A stretch of DNA of 63,387 nucleotides, filler included, from Octopus bimaculoides (taxonomy: Eukaryota), in the NCBI RefSeq assembly GCF_001194135.2. It is 5 parts of 5 records of this genome, joined end to end, with 100 filler letters (N's around TTAATTAATTAA, not from the genome) between each part and the next. Parts side by side here need not be neighbours in the genome. Positions count along the whole stretch, not along the records: positions 12,621 to 41,642 come from NC_068984.1; 4 more parts are not named here. One strand, written 5' to 3'. The notes under the pieces are model-generated. The model had not been told where the DNA came from. It saw only the letters and a program-made list of their open reading frames with translations, and searched no databases. Positions 12,577-25,439 of this stretch are shown piece after piece (within the stretch, counting starts at the first letter, position 1; each line of letters starts with the position of its first letter). A program made the translations under genes and the position numbers.

Positions 12577-13224
12577 NNNNNNNNNNNNNNNNNNNNNNNN
12601 NNNNNNNNNNNNNNNNNNNNATATATATATATATATATATACATATATATATGTATATGTATATGAATTCATATACATAGTGGTTGTTTACTCTTTATGC
12701 AGAGTTTGACCACCTCCTATACCTACACCTTAGAACCATCATGGTATCTGATGTGGCTTTTTAAACCTCACAATGTTCTGAAAAGACACCCACATAGATT
12801 GCATATCCGATTTGGGCCACCAAGAGTTGCAGTTAAGTTCTGATCCTAGTGGATCTTAAAATGTCTTTTGAGGCCTCTGTTAGATTTGCACACCTTCTAG
12901 CATACACTGCATTGAAAAGTGTGCACAAACATATATGCACTATAGTTAGTGTGTGTGTGTGTGGGGGGGTTTCGTTTTCTATGGATATTTTTTTATGTAT
13001 GAATGAACTATTCCGCGTCGGACACCGGAGTGATATATGATTGCTTTATACACACATATATATATCTGCATATATATATATATATATANNNNNNNNNNNN
13101 NNNNNNNNNNNNNNNNNNNNNNNNNNNNNNNNNNNNNNNNNNNNNNNNNNNNNNNNNNNNNNNNNNNNNNNNNNNNNNNATATATTTATATATATATATT
13201 ATATATATATATATATAGGCATAT

Positions 13225-14000
13225 TGGCGCAAAGCAGTGTTTACGTATAATCACAATATTTCAACTGCTAAAAACAAATACACTGCAGTTACCGTGGAGA
13301 AAAAAATCTTTCTAATGATAGAATGTGGGAAAACACCAGTTCGTTCAGTGTCAGGAATCTGTTAGGAATCTCAGAATCGATGTTTCGAGTTTTTTGACTG
13401 TACCTAAAAGAGGCAACTCTGAACGAACTAAATAAAGTTTGTTGACTGATTTACGTTTGTAGATCGCCTGATCGTGATAAATAATGAAGTACTGGCGCAA
13501 AGCAGTGTTTACGTATAATCACAAATTTGGTTTAGTTGAAATATTTGTCACATATTTCACCTGCTAAAGGCATATTTTTTCTCCACGTTAACTGTAATGT
13601 ATTTACTTTTAGCAGTTGAAATATGTGAGAAACATATTTCAACTAACCTAAATTGTGATTATACGTAAACACTGCTTTGCGTCAAAACTTCGTTATTTAT
13701 CTCGATCGGGCGATCTACTAGCGCCAATGAGACTACGTGTTGACAGAATTATATAAAGCTACAGGCTTTATTTATTTCGATCAGAGTTGCCTCTCTTAGG
13801 TACAACTCATTGACAAGAGTAAAAAAAACACTCGAAACATCGATGTCTGAGATTTCTAACAGATGGCGACACTGAACGAACTGGTGTTTTCACACCTTTT
13901 TACCATTAGAGAGATTTATTCTCCACGGTAACATCAGTGTATTTGCCTTTAGCAGTTGAAATATATGACAAACATATTTCAACTAGCCTAAATTGTGATA
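13225..14000. repeat. ~780-bp imperfect palindrome with internally reiterated arms (foldback-like element)
   Basis: 13225-~13580 is the reverse complement of ~13590-14000; the segment GCGCAAAGCAGTGTTTACGTATAATCACAA and its flanks recur within the arms. Confidence 0.85.
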
Positions 14001-14016
14001 TATATATATATATATA

Positions 14017-14903
14017 TACGTGGTCTGATCAATAAGTATCCGGGCTGTTGCCATTGTAACGAAGCTAAAGCATGCAGAGTGAAGCCGTTTAGTACAGACT
14101 GACCTTGAACTCTGCTGTGCATGTGCGCTAAGTTTTAATGTTTTAGCTCACTTCCGCTGTTTACAGCAGTGCTTGGAAGGAAAGTGTGTAGTGTGTGATC
14201 GTCGCATTGAACATGACAGAGAAAGTTGAGCAGAGAATATGCATCAAATTTTGCCAGAATCTTGGCGATACCTGCTTAGAGATTTATGTAAAGTTTTCAA
14301 AAAGTTTTCATCGTTCTCGACACAATCAAGATCTTGTGCAACGGAAACCCGTGTGTCTTTTTGGTCAGCTGAAAGCAGTTTTGGTACAAACTTTGCAGAC
14401 ACGCGTTTCATACCCAAATCTTCAGTGATAATGGACTGAACTGAACCGTAAGTAATCCGCACATTCTCTGATAACTCACAGATGGTGATTCGACGATTTC
14501 CCCTCACAGCTGCACGCACATCTGCGATATTTTCTCAGTTCTGCTGGTCTCCAAGAACGTTCGTCAATATCGACATTTTTTCGGCCGTCTAAGAAACGTC
14601 TGAAACACTTGTACACTTGTGTGTGGCTCATACACTCCTCTCTATACAATTTCTGCAACTCTGTGTAGGCCTCTGAGCAGGTATTGCTATGACACTTTTC
14701 TTTGTTATAGTTAATGCGACGATCACACGCTAGACACCTTCCTTCGAAGCACTGCTGTAAACAATGGAAGTGAGCTAGAATGTGAAAACTTAGTGTGCGA
14801 GCACAGCAGAGTTCAAGGCTAATCTGTGCCAAGCGGTTTTACTTTGTGTGCTTTAGCCTCGTTATTATGGCTACAGTCCGAATACTTAGTGATCATACCT
14901 TTA
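14017..14903. mobile_element. Mariner-derived 5'-5' foldback non-autonomous element, copy 2
   Basis: Same architecture, junction and right-arm deletion as 10713-11585; minus ORFs ..GMKRVSAKFVPKLLSADQKDTRVSVAQDLDCVENDENF. Confidence 0.85.
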
Positions 14904-15058
14904 ATATATTTGTATAAATGAGGTGTGTCATAATCATGGGACACATTTGAAATGCAATCAACAAGCACTGGAGCAAGTAAGGTTATTAGAGAAAATGTAT
15001 AATACGTAACCATGAATTTAAGTCCCATCATATATATAATATATATGTATTACATATA

Positions 15059-15093
<35 letters not shown>

Positions 15094-15654
15094 GAAAGTA
15101 TTTGTGTGTGGATAAATAATTATGTATGATATACAGACGAGCGGACAATATACACCAGTCACTACTTTTTAGCTACGAGCAGCCTTGATAAAACTACTCA
15201 ATTCACCCATTAATCAGAAGATGAACTGTTACCTCTATCAAGAATCTCTCTGGCATTATTTAATCTCCTGTCTACATCCTCCGTTTTATTATTTATCTTG
15301 TGCAGATTTCCCCATTTAATACTAAATATAACTATTTCACTGAGTTAATTGAATAAAGTTGTTTGCTATCACCACGCCTTTGATTCTGTCAACATTCTAA
15401 CAATCCAATAAAGTTACGTATGATAGTTACACGTTTCTGACGATTTGACAGTCAGTCTTGTTTGCTTAATTTATATTACATGACTAATAATCATCTTGTA
15501 TTAATGTATATGAAGATGATGTAACTAAATATCTTATCAAGATTCTGTCATGTCTTATCTTACATATATGCATGCATACATGTATGCATACACACATGCA
15601 TACATGTATGTAAGTATGTATGTATGTATGTATGTATATATGTATGTATGTATG

Positions 15655-15688
<34 letters not shown>

Positions 15689-15949
15689 TGTATGTATGGG
15701 TATTTCATTTAAGACTACAAATTCTATAGAAGGCATGAAAATCACAGTATCTGCCCTTTTCCTTGTTCACAGTCCACATTCTCGAGGGAATTATTTGACC
15801 TGGACTTTAAATGTATGATTCACCCTAATCTAGAACGGCATGCAAATATTATGGGCACACTGTCTCTTTTACTCTGATTTCTTGTTCTATGTAAAAAAAA
15901 AGAAAGAAAAAAAGAAATAAGGCTAGTGTACATTTATTCAAGGAGAATA

Positions 15950-16190
15950 ACTGAGGCGGCTGATTGGTACAATCAGTTAATTATATCGGTTAACAACATA
16001 AAATGACTTGCAGTGTTTGTTTCGATATTTTATGTTTTGAGTTCAAATCTCACTAAGATCAATTTTTGCTTTTAATCATTCTGGAGTCAATAAAATAAAG
16101 TACCAGTCAGGTACTAGAGGTGATTTAATCGACTGCTCCGGCTCCCCGAACTTTTGGTTTTTCCGCTTATGTTAGAATTTTATCATAATC
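15950..16190 (+). mobile_element. SINE family B, degenerate copy
   Basis: GAGTTCAAATC B-box-like motif followed by the ..AATAAAATAAAGTACCAG..TTAATCGACT body. Confidence 0.55.
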
Positions 16191-16665
16191 AGTGCAAGAA
16201 CGGTAGATTGTCAGAATCGTTGAAGTGTCGGAAAATGCCTCGTTCTAATTCTTTACGTTCTGAGTTTTTAAATTCTTAGAAAGGTTGTATCCCTAATCCT
16301 TCATAGGGCCGACGCGACCAGTCTGAAGGAGGAAGAGGAAGGAAGTTATCTCAGACCGAAAGTTGGTCTAAATGATTGCGACTGAGTGGGCTCCACTAAA
16401 GGAACCCACGTTGCCAGGTGGTGGTATTGAACAGGTGACGAATTAAATCAACTACCCAATTAGGGCACGGTGAATTTGAATTTAGAACGCGAAGAGCCAG
16501 AATAAATACCGCAAGTTCTTACAGTTTCAATAATCCATTGCACTGGTTTGGTACTTTCTTTCACCAACGAAAGAACGAAAGGTAAAGTTGACTCAGAGCG
16601 TTGAGATAGAAGATTTGACTGTTGTTTCTAGTAGGTTGAGCGCAGCATAGAGGTATCTTCTTATG

Positions 16666-16697
<32 letters not shown>

Positions 16698-16839
16698 CAT
16701 ATATGTATATGTGGCATATGTGTGTATGGGTGTCTGTGTCCTCATTGTAAATTGCTGTGTCGAGTTGCTATTTCTAGCAACTTTGCTTGATTCTGCTCCA
16801 TTCACCCCTTAGTCAGACAAACGTTTCTCGTACTACAAT

Positions 16840-17465
16840 ACGTTCATCGTTGACTCAGTTTCCTCACTGGCTCAGATTCCTTTAATAGTTCAGGCCTGCT
16901 AAGTTGATTCAAAACTTCGTGTTGTTCTAAGTTCCCTCGTTTGTCTCAACTTCCCTTTTGAATCAAGTACCACTCATTGGTTCAAAATATCTTGCAGTAA
17001 TTTGTTCATTGAAGAGCTCGAACGAATGAGAGATGCTTGAGTCAAAGTAAGAGCATCCTGAGTAAAATGAGGGGCTATTGACTTAAACTGGTTCAAACTC
17101 CTCACAGTCGTTCAAGTTTCCTTATTAGTAAAAGCTTCTACCATTCGCTCATGTTGCCTCTTATCGGCTCAAACTCCCTCGTTGTTCAAGTCTCCCCCGT
17201 TGATTCAGTCTCTTTCCTTAGTTCAGACTCGCTCGCTCGCTCTGTACCTATCACTGGATTAACTACCATCGTTGGCTCAGTATCACTCAGTCACTCAATC
17301 ATCTACGTCAGCTGAGGCTCCTCTCATTGGCTCACTTTCCCTTGTTGGCTCCTGTCATTAGCATAATCGCTCTCGTTGGCTTTTAAGTTTTCATCACTGG
17401 CTCAACCTCCTTTCTGGGCTCAAGCTCCCATCGCTGGCTCAAGTTCCACCTCTTTGGCTCAAGCG
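16840..17465. repeat. Cryptic degenerate minisatellite, ~20-nt period, core TCRYTGGCTCAAG
   Basis: Recurrent GGCTCAAG / GTTCAAG / GACTCAG motifs at roughly 20-nt spacing. Confidence 0.6.
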
Positions 17466-17654
17466 CCGCCGTTGCCCCGGGCTACCTGGCGATGAGTTAA
17501 TTTTTTAAACTTCGCTTATGATTAAAAGGCCCTTGGAAAAAGATGAACAGCACACTGTTACACCACCACCTTATCACAGATTCATACTTCACCTCCATCC
17601 TGTTATTTACCTTCAGTTTTAAATTCAGGAACTCGGTGCCAAGTAAATAATTAG

Positions 17655-17705
<51 letters not shown>

Positions 17706-17732
17706 AACAACAACAGCAACAGCAACAACAAC
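17655..17732. repeat. (AAC)n microsatellite
   Basis: Directly visible. Confidence 0.95.
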
Positions 17733-18606
17733 AGGAGCAAACACCAATATCGATTTAATTATTTGTTTATTCGTGCTTATTTCTGCTTTTAACTCTTGTT
17801 TTTGTTTATTTGCTTCTTCGTGTATTCATTGATGTTTTATGCATAGCAATATATACACATATATACTTGCATATGCATATACATGTAGACATACATAAAC
17901 ATGGATACACATATACACAGAAACAAATACCTACATGTTCACACAAACATACTCACAAATACATATGCACAAACTCACTGGCAAGCGTGCGCGTGAACGC
18001 ACACACACACACACACACGTAAAACACACACACAAATACACACACAGAGACACACACAAAGATACACACATACTCCTCATTCCATCTTATTCCCTCCCTT
18101 CAACTCTTTTTTTCTTTCTCTTTCCCTTTACACATACTCACACGTATATGCATGCATGTATGTGTATGCGTATATAAGCATGCATATAAGATTGTATGTT
18201 CATATATATGAACATGTGAGCATATATATTTGTGTGTATGTATATATANNNNNNNNNNNNNNNNNNNNNNNNNNNNNNNNNNNNNNNNNNNNNNNNNNNN
18301 NNNNNNNNNNNNNNNNNNNNNNNNNNNNNNNNNNNNNNNNNNNNNNNNNNNNNNNNNNNNNNNNNNNNNNNNNNNNNNNNNNNNNNNNNNNNNNNNNNNN
18401 NNNNNNNNNNNNNNNNNNNNNNNNNNNNNNNNNNNNNNNNNNNNNNNNNNNNNNNNNNNNNNNNNNNNNNNNNNNNNNNNNNNNNNNNNNNNNNNNNNNN
18501 NNNNNNNNNNNNNNNNNNNNNNTATATAAGCATGCATATAAGATTCTATGTTCATATATATGAACGTGTGAGCATATATATTTGTATGTGTGTGTGTGTG
18601 TATATA

Positions 18607-18644
<38 letters not shown>

Positions 18645-18754
18645 ATATTTTATATATATATACATATATATATATAAATATCTATGTATATATATATCTT
18701 TGTGTATACACACACACACATATATGTATATATGTATGTATTTACGTATGTATG

Positions 18755-18785
<31 letters not shown>

Positions 18786-18899
18786 TGTTGTGCGTGTGTG
18801 AGAATGTGTGGTTTCATAGATCGAAAATTTCATATTTGTTAACAGGCACACTTTCACGCCTATCTTCAGCTCTTCAGCACTTACAATTTACTCTTTCTG

Positions 18900-19010
<111 letters not shown>

Positions 19011-19179
19011 TATACTCTCTTACACATGCTCTCCCTCTCTTTCTCTGTCTCTCTCTCACACACGCACACACCACCTCACACATTTTTTTTCTTTACTTCT
19101 CTCTTTTAATCTTCCCTCTCTTTGCATATTTCTTTCTTTCTATTGTTCCTCTTTCCATCTATGTGGATTAATCTCTTTA

Positions 19180-19340
19180 CTCTTTTTACTCTTTTACTTG
19201 TTTCAGTCATTTGACTGTAGCCATGCTGGAGCACCGCCTTTAGTCGAGCAAATCGACCCCAGGACTTCTTCTTTGGAAGCCTAGTACTTATTCTATCGGT
19301 CTCTTTTTGCCGAACCGCCAAGTTACGGGGACATAAACAC
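19180..19340 (-). mobile_element. SINE family C, 3' part
   Basis: Reverse complement of the 7765-8075 family 3' end; runs into a gap. Confidence 0.75.
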
Positions 19341-20198
19341 NNNNNNNNNNNNNNNNNNNNNNNNNNNNNNNNNNNNNNNNNNNNNNNNNNNNNNNNNNNN
19401 NNNNNNNNNNNNNNNNNNNNNNNNNNNNNNNNNNNNNNNNNNNNNNNNNNNNNNNNNNNNNNNNNNNNNNNNNNNNNNNNNNNNNNNNNNNNNNNNNNNN
19501 NNNNNNNNNNNNNNNNNNNNNNNNNNNNNNNNNNNNNNNNNNNNNNNNNNNNNNNNNNNNNNNNNNNNNNNNNNNNNNNNNNNNNNNNNNNNNNNNNNNN
19601 NNNNNNNNNNNNNNNNNNNNNNNNNNNNNNNNNNNNNNNNNNNNNNNNNNNNNNNNNNNNNNNNNNNNNNNNNNNNNNNNNNNNNNNNNNNNNNNNNNNN
19701 NNNNNNNNNNNNNNNNNNNNNNNNNNNNNNNNNNNNNNNNNNNNNNNNNNNNNNNNNNNNNNNNNNNNNNNNNNNNNNNNNNNNNNNNNNNNNNNNNNNN
19801 NNNNNNNNNNNNNNNNNNNNNNNNNNNNNNNNNNNNNNNNNNNNNNNNNNNNNNNNNNNNNNNNNNNNNNNNNNNNNNNNNNNNNNNNNNNNNNNNNNNN
19901 NNNNNNNNNNNNNNNNNNNNNNNNNNNNNNNNNNNNNNNNNNNNNNNNNNNNNNNNNNNNNNNNNNNNNNNNNNNNNNNNNNNNNNNNNNNNNNNNNNNN
20001 NNNNNNNNNNNNNNNNNNNNNNNNNNNNNNNNNNNNNNNNNNNNNNNNNNNNNNNNNNNNNNNNNNNNNNNNNNNNNNNNNNNNNNNNNNNNNNNNNNNN
20101 NNNNNNNNNNNTATATATATATATTTATATGCATGTATACATGAATATATGAGTGTACTACATACGTATCTACACACACATGCATGCATGCATGCATG

Positions 20199-20230
<32 letters not shown>

Positions 20231-20321
20231 CATACATACATACATACATACATACATGAATACATACGTACGTACATACATATGTATGTATATATTTTCC
20301 TACATTTAATAACTCCGACGG

Positions 20322-20351
20322 TTTGTTGACGTCATTGATGACGTCAACAAA
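20322..20351. promoter_or_regulatory. Perfect hairpin containing two consensus CRE/ATF sites (TGACGTCA)
   Basis: TTTGTTGACGTCAT-TG-ATGACGTCAACAAA; TGACGTCA at 20327-20334 and 20339-20346. Function untested. Confidence 0.35.
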
Positions 20352-20429
20352 GCGTTCTCACCACTGAACTGGCTAACACTGGAAATCGTCTCAGAGTTCA
20401 GATCCCCTAACTGCTCCAGCCTCTTTCTC

Positions 20430-23250
20430 TGTAGCGCTGTTGTTGTTGTTGCAATTGGTTGATGATGATGATGATGATGGTGATGATAGTGGGGGGTGGG
20501 TGGATGTTATGGTAGTGGTGATGGCGATGATACTGTGGATGATGATTGGGAGAAGGATAAATGATACTCGTGTTCTTATTGTTGTGTAACCTTAAGTCTG
20601 CCTCAATTGAGCACTTCTGTGATCAAAGGTATTCCAACCATGACTATCTCGTTATTTTCCTTCAGCCGTTTCGGACTTCATTATTCAGTGTGCTCTTTCT
20701 TTTAAAAATTCTATGATGTGATTTGAGGGAGACTTGACTGCTATCTTTAATATTTGGAGCGACCACGTTCAGGCGTACTCGTTGACTTGTTATTGTTGTT
20801 GTTAGTTGTGGGTGTTGCTATTGTTGTTGTTGTTTGATATAGTTATTGTAAGTGTTGTTGCTGGTCTTGTTCTTGGTGTTGATGTTGCTGGTGTCAGCGG
20901 TAGTGTTGTTTCTGTTCGTAATGTAGCTGTTGTTGTTGTTGACTCCGGTGGTAGTGGTTACGTTATTGACGTTGTTATTGTTACAATTGTTGATCTCTGA
21001 TCGTTCTTTTTGACCATTGTTGAAACCATAGTTCGTCGCCACTGTCATTGATCTTATTATAGTCAATGATGTTGTTGCTATTGTTGTTGTAGCAAAAATC
21101 GGTCATAATCGGACAAACCTCACATCTACGACATTCCATCTGTAACCACCTCAACTTTTCAGGAGTAGTGTACCGCAGATTATCGCTCATATTTCTACAC
21201 ATCCACTGACCATGTGGATCGCCCTGTCCCGCCCCGTCCCGCCCATCATGGTCTTCCTGTTGTTGACAATGCCGTTGTTGCTATTGCTGTTGTTGACACT
21301 AGTAATTATTAACATTGTTGTCGTCGTTATCATTGTTGTTGACACACTTGATGCTATTGATACTGTACTCGTTGACTCTTTTGTTGTGATTAACATTACA
21401 GTTGCTAACACACTTGTCTTGGCACTGTAATTGTTGTTAGCACAGTGGTTGCGTTGTTGATATTGTCATTGTTAAGGCGGTGAGCTGGTAGAAATGTTAA
21501 CACGCCGGGCAAAATGCTTAGCGGGTATTTCGTCTGTCTTTATGTTCTGAGTTCAAATTCCGCCGAGGTCGACTTTGCCTTTCATCCTTTCGGGGTCGAT
21601 AAATTAAATACCAGTTGCGTACTGGGGTTGATCTAATCGACTGGCCCCTTCCCCCAAAATTTCGGGCCTTGTGCCTAGAGTAGAAAAGATACTGTCACTG
21701 TTGTTAAGGCGGCGAGCTGGCAGAAACGTTAGCACGCCGGGCGGGGGTCGATCTAATCGACTGGACCTCTTCCCCTAAAATTTCGGGCCTTGTGCCTAGA
21801 GTAGAAAAGGGTATTATCATTGTTGTTGTTTGTTGACAGCTATTGTTGACACTGTAGTTATTGATGTTGACACTGTAGTTGTTGTTGTGAGTTGTTGACA
21901 CTCACGTTATACTTGTTCTTGACTCTTGTTGGTGTTGACTCTATTGTTTGTTGTTATTGACTCTATAGTTATTGTTATTTTTGTCATTGCCGTTATTGAT
22001 TCTGTTGTTGACATTGTGGTTGATGTTGACGTTGACTAGTTTATTGACATAGTTGTTGTTGACAGTATCGTTGTTGGGATACCGCAGTTGTTGACACCAT
22101 AGGTGTTGTTGACTAGTTTATTAACATAGTTGTTGTTGACAGTATCGTTGTTGGGACTGTAGTTGTCCCTTAACACCGCAGTTGTTGACACGATGGTTGT
22201 TGTTATTGTTGTTGACACCATAGTTGTTGCAACTCTGAGTGTTGTTTTTTAATGCTGTTGTTTACCTTTACTTCCCAGCTGTTTTCCATGTAACTCATAC
22301 TACTACCACTGTTCCAATACCCCTCCTACAACTATTTTAATGCCCCTCCTACCACTACTACTGTTGCTCAGCATTTCGTTGTTGTTGTTGTTGTTGTTGT
22401 TGTTGTTGGTGGTGGTGGTGTTAGTAATGGAGGTAGTGGAAGTGACAGTAGTAACAGTATCGGTGGGGGCTATGATGGTAGTGACTGTAGTGGTAGTACT
22501 GGTGGTAGACAGTGGTGGTAGCAGTAGTGGTGGTAGTAGTGAGGGTGGTAGTAGTGGCGGTGGTGGCAGTGTTGATAGAAGTGATTGTGGTAGTAATGAT
22601 GGTAGTAGTAATACATGAGGTGGTAGGAATTTGTGCCAGTTGTGGTGTTGGTGTGAATGGTTGCGGCGATAATGGTGGTAGTGGTCGCTGTCGTGGTCGT
22701 GGGGCAAGTTAGTAGTAGTAGTAGTAGTTGTTGGTGCTGTTGTTGTTGTTGTGGTGGTGGTGGTAATACTGGTGGTTGCGATCATAGTTGTAGTAATGGT
22801 AGTGGTGGTTGAGATAGGGACGGTAGCGGTGGCTGTGTGCAGGTGATAGTGGTGGTGGTGGTGGTGGCGGCGGCGGCGGTGGAGACAGTGAGGTTTCTGC
22901 CAGTAGAGTCAGTGAGCGCCAGCGATATTAGTGGCAGTTGTGGTGCTGGTGGTGGTGGTCGTAGTTGTAGCGACGGTGCTTGTTGTTGTTGGTGGTGGTG
23001 CATTTACTGATTCAATAAATACTTTTGCACCTTTCACCGCCGCCGCTCCTCTAATAACAGCTGCGTCTGTTGTTGTAGCTGTTGTTGCAGCTGTTACCAT
23101 TATCACTCTACTTAGTGTAATTACAACCACTGCTACCATACTTGTGTATGTGCAATTGAAGAATTTGCAACTGCCACTGCTGCATTTCCGCCGTTAATGC
23201 AACTTGCACTGTTATCAATGCATCTTCTGATGTTATTGTTATTATTATTG
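20430..23250. repeat. Long degenerate (GTT/GGT/GAT/GTA)n low-complexity tract with an internal tandem duplication at ~22030-22190
   Basis: Trinucleotide-rich throughout, with stops in all frames; GTTGACTAGTTTATT(G/A)ACATAGTTGTTGTTGACAGTATCGTTGTTGGGA occurs twice. Confidence 0.85.
21476..21812 (+). mobile_element. Two tandem SINE family B copies (second internally deleted)
   Basis: GGCGG(T/C)GAGCTGG head, GAGTTCAAATTCC B box, shared ..GTGCCTAGAGTAGAAAAG tail. Confidence 0.85.
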
Positions 23251-23890
23251 TTCAACTGATACTTATTTTATAGACCCTGAAAGGATGAAAAAGAGGTCAA
23301 CCATGGCCCTTTCATCCTTTTGGAGGTCAATAAAATAAGTACCGGTGAGCAATGGGATCGATGTAATCGACTAGTCCTTTCCAACAAAATGACCGGCCTT
23401 GTGCCTGTAATTAAAATTAAAAGGATTATTATTATTGTTGGCAATCACCACTATTGCACATATTCAGATAGACGTGTTGTTATTGTTGAAAGTACTGCCT
23501 TTCCGTTATTGTTGTTGTCTCTTTTGTCTTGTTGATGGGGTTTTTTTGCTTGCCTTTTTTTTCCGTCCCAGATCATCTCTGGTGAACTGATCTAGGATCG
23601 AATATCAAAGGTATCCCGTCCTCTTTTTGTTTTTTAGACATAATATAACTCAGATTAACATTATCGAATGTTTTCCTTTTTTTTTCTTCTTAAACGGTAG
23701 CATGTTGTTTGAAGGAGATTGACTGCAGTTCCTAGCAGGTAGAGTGACCACCTAGATGTTGCTGTTGTTGTTGTTAAGCCTCGCTACCAGAAATGCAGCT
23801 TCTTCTATTAGCACAACATTTTTCGGACATAAGTACCCGTATTAATCCTGGTTACCTTGTCTCTGTTATATCATTGTGCCCAAATTTATT

Positions 23891-23928
<38 letters not shown>

Positions 23929-25079
23929 TATTATTATTATTATTATCTTTTAGTCAACGAAGAAGGCGATGCCTATGTCTCATTACAAGGCCTCCAAGAT
24001 TATTGGGACGGAAGGAGGAGGAAGGATATTTTCGACTCAAAGACATGACACGAATGTTTGTAACAGAGTAAACTCTGCTAAAGGCACGCTAAAGGTACCC
24101 AAGTGCCAGATGATGACACTAAACTGGCAATAGATTAAGTCTACTACTCAGACAGGAGGTGTTTGAGCTCAAAACGTAACTGTTGCTGTGCTGTCTGTAT
24201 TTGTTATTGTCGTTGTTTCGTCCTAGATCATTCGTGACTGTACATGTCTATCAACGATCAAAAGCGTTCCAGCCGTGACTATATCTGTTAGATCCCCAAA
24301 TCTAACAGACATGTTCGAAAGTACTCCAGCCATGAGCGTTTCGACTTTTACCTTGTGACAGTGTGTTCAAGAGCATACAATGCAATTTGTACTTCTTTTC
24401 TAAGACAGCGGAGTGTGATTCGAGGGCAATTTTGACTGCTATTTGTATCAGCTAAGTGATTACGTACAGGGTCCCACACATCACTTTGATCCAGATGCAT
24501 TTAACCTTTGTAAAACTAATTGCTATCAATGCAGCCGTCTCTACTCTCGTTTACTTGTTCCTCTCATTAAACAGTTTCATCGTAATAGTATTGTTTAACC
24601 TTGCTGGCTGACAGTCCTGTTATCTGCTACAACAACTCTCTATTTTTGATGTAGAGTTTAACTTTGAACCACAAACATTCATTTACCATCATTTTATCTA
24701 GTTACGCCCATTGCGTGTTAACATGAACGATTCAATTACATATCCACAGGAGTTGTTTCTCTAATCAGGATGTATAGAAAAATGTGCTTTCAATTTCTTT
24801 GTAACATTTAGTCATCTTACTTTCACTCGTAGACGAGGCAAAAGTAATTTATGAGTTAAAGAAAAAATAATAACATTGCAGAATCTTGACAGGAAAAATG
24901 TGTTTACGAGTGTGCATGCGTGCATATGTGCGTGCGTGTGTACACGTGCATACAAATCTTCACCTGCAGTCACGTGGTTCTGGGTTCGATCTCACAGCGT
25001 ATCTTTATTCGACGGTACCATGTGTTTACCAAAGCCTTTTGTGTGGATTTTTGTAAATAGAAACCGTGCTGAAAAACCA

Positions 25080-25147
<68 letters not shown>

Positions 25148-25439
25148 ACACACACACACAGACACACACACACACACAGCGTACACGCGCGCACACACAT
25201 ATATATGTATGTATGTATTTATGTATGTATGTATGTATGTATGTATGTATGTATGTATGTTCTCTTCTGTTTTTAATCATTTAAATTCTTCCTTTGACGA
25301 AGGCGGTCGTTTCTAACAAAGATACAAAGCTCCATCGGTGGAATGTAGATAACAAAAATAATGTTGCATTTTAAACTCGAGAAAAGTCTTGTATACTTTT
25401 ACTGTTCCACTAACAGATTGTATTTATAACGTGCAAGCT

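Noticed and set aside
16314-16369. Hammerhead-like relic GACCA-GTCTGA..TCAGAC-CGAAAG-TTGGTC
   Set aside because: Stem-like pairings exist, but there is no CUGANGA between stems I and II and no stem III or cleavage triplet; two deletions would have to be assumed.
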